The notes below the pieces were generated by a model that made no database searches, was not told the origin of the DNA, and was given only the letters and a program-made list of their open reading frames with translations. A stretch of DNA of 64,000 nucleotides from a virus (taxonomy: Duplodnaviria > Heunggongvirae > Uroviricota > Caudoviricetes). Both the position numbers and the translations under genes were made by a program. Positions 62,332-64,000 of the stretch are shown piece after piece; the stretch's first letter is position 1, and every line of letters begins with the position of its first letter. Location of the stretch: the IMG/VR virus record IMGVR_UViG_3300047483_000428, one strand, 5' to 3'.

Positions 62332-64000
62332 TTAGAACCTTTGTGTAAGGGTAAAGCCAATCTGTGGCGCGGTTTCGCCAGCAATACCCATGTAATTTTC
62401 GCGAACTTCTGCAAACATAGAAACGTTAGTCATTGGTGCTACGTCTACATTGTAAAACACACCAAGATTTACTTCACGACTATTATTCGCAAGAGATTCA
62501 GTTGCAGAAGCAGATGATACCACACCTTCAGCACTTACGGAAGATGCATATTCCATTGACACTTCCCCAGATTGAATGGAAACTGGAAGTGCCGCCACAA
62601 CTCCAAAGTGTCCGTTTTTCGTGTTGAATTTTGCACCAATGCTTGCTGTGTTGCTGATTATAGTTCCAGCACTTTTCATCATAGAGTTATCTCCAACATT
62701 CAGGTCAGTCGCACCAAATCCAATACTCCCAAACAGTGAGCCGTTTCCAGTTTGAATTTCTGGATTGAAACTTACATAAGTTGTAGTCGCACCAGTTACA
62801 TTCATGATTGGACTGTTCGCCGTGTTTCCAAGGAATGAACCATCTTCTTTCATCATCCCGAATGTCATAAATCCTGCGTTATATGATAGACCATAGTTTG
62901 TTCCATCAGTGTTTGTAGATACAGCAACATTGCCGATATTGATATTTAGTCCTTTTGTATAACCCATGTAATTGTCTGCATTTGAGTTATACGATGCTGC
63001 CAGAACTGGGTTCACCATGCGAGTATCAGTAGCAACGTTCAGTTTGTTGCCATCAACATAAAAGTTTCGATCATAGTCATCAACGACCATCATACTGGAC
63101 AACGAAGCCATATTCATCCCTGCAACAGAAAGTTGCCCATCAAGCGAAGCGGTTGCCCCATCAATCCGACCAGTCGTAGGAATACCAATTGCACCCTGTG
63201 GAGACGTTGCGTTATCAAGGTCCATGACGCCTTGACCGTGAATATTTACATTATAGCCAGCAAACGATTTGTCCGCAGTTTCCATGAGTAGTTTTACAAT
63301 ATTATCGCCTGTCATGTATGGCCACATTTGATGAACTAGTGCTACGCCACCAGAAATAGCGGGAGCAGCCATAGATGTTCCACTCAGAGCACGATAGTCC
63401 CCACCATTATCGGTTGAAGTGACCCAAGAACCAGGAGCCATCAAATAATAGTCGCTAACACGATAGGTATTGTTACACTGATTAGTTACGGAATTGTAAT
63501 CATAGCACATTGTTCCAGCACGGTTTGAGTAAGAAGCAATATTATTTGTTCCAAGGTCAAACGAACCAGCAATGATTACCCGACCGTCAAGTGCAAGGTT
63601 GCCATTTTCATCAGTGATAGTGGCATAGTGAGCAGGAAACGCTGGAAATGCCAACCCTTGGTTACCAGCAGCCACAACAAGAACAGTGTCATTTCCACTC
63701 ATCGCACTGATAACAGGAGCAGTGAAGTTGTTGCTATCTAGCACTTGGTTGTAACCAAGAGATTGGTATGGGCTGTAGGTGCTATAGTAAAAACCATCGC
63801 CAATAGACACTACACTATTACGGTATGTAGAATCCATACTCATTTCGGCACTTACGTTTACTACATCTGCGCCATTTGATACTGCCCATGCGATACCATT
63901 ACCAAGTTGGTCAAGTTCAATATATCCGCTATCATGACCAATTTTGCCAATCAACAGGTCAGCGTCAGGCGCAACACCAGTCATGCCAACGCCATCTAAT
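62332..64000 (-). CDS. S8 subtilisin-family serine protease with beta-barrel-like C-terminal domain (partial; N-terminus beyond window end)
   Basis: Asn oxyanion VVAAGNQG and catalytic Ser in LSGTSMAAPAISGGVALV. The C-terminal 250 aa are Gly/Ser/Asn/Thr-rich with alternating hydrophobics ending ...IGFTLTQRF (aromatic terminus, autotransporter/OMP-like). Confidence 0.7.
   Translation of the reverse strand, partial: LDGVGMTGVAPDADLLIGKIGHDSGYIELDQLGNGIAWAVSNGADVVNVSAEMSMDSTYRNSVVSIGDGFYYSTYSPYQSLGYNQVLDSNNFTAPVISAMSGNDTVLVVAAGNQGLAFPAFPAHYATITDENGNLALDGRVIIAGSFDLGTNNIASYSNRAGTMCYDYNSVTNQCNNTYRVSDYYLMAPGSWVTSTDNGGDYRALSGTSMAAPAISGGVALVHQMWPYMTGDNIVKLLMETADKSFAGYNVNIHGQGVMDLDNATSPQGAIGIPTTGRIDGATASLDGQLSVAGMNMASLSSMMVVDDYDRNFYVDGNKLNVATDTRMVNPVLAASYNSNADNYMGYTKGLNINIGNVAVSTNTDGTNYGLSYNAGFMTFGMMKEDGSFLGNTANSPIMNVTGATTTYVSFNPEIQTGNGSLFGSIGFGATDLNVGDNSMMKSAGTIISNTASIGAKFNTKNGHFGVVAALPVSIQSGEVSMEYASSVSAEGVVSSASATESLANNSREVNLGVFYNVDVAPMTNVSMFAEVRENYMGIAGETAPQIGFTLTQRF

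Overview
This 64 kb window reads as a dense segment of a large virulent phage genome in which essentially every gene is on the minus strand. The organisation is T5-like early/accessory: a tRNA island at about 12.0-23.5 kb and recurring promoter/terminator punctuation. Recognisable genes cover nucleotide metabolism (a partial dCMP-deaminase-like gene, GMP reductase, DHFR, glutaredoxin, a TagD-like cytidylyltransferase), tRNA maintenance (CCA-adding enzyme, a TilS/QueC-like PP-loop ATPase, RNA ligase), DNA/RNA methyltransferases and a Sir2 deacetylase. Lysis and envelope genes include a GH19 endolysin, a SleB-like hydrolase, LemA, a GreA-like factor and two metallophosphatases. The most interesting candidate system is a membrane module at 53.4-60.5 kb: MotA/ExbB-like and MotB/ExbD-like proteins, an NfeD/SppA-like membrane protease, a soluble ClpP-like protease, an SPFH/flotillin protein and small TM partners. 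Other accessory genes are an ODC-like PLP decarboxylase, a LamG lectin-like protein, a radical-SAM enzyme, paired sulfotransferase-like paralogs, an S8 subtilase with a beta-barrel-like C-terminus, a truncated UGDH-like protein and a very acidic protein. The tRNA island holds about 25 tRNA genes, including four CAT anticodons and several atypical or interrupted tRNA-like genes. A minus-strand promoter-like motif (TTGACA, a spacer containing CGAATCAC, then a TATA-rich -10) recurs at least 20 times. Coordinates, anticodons and homologies come from reading the sequence and translations by hand, without searches, and need tool confirmation.
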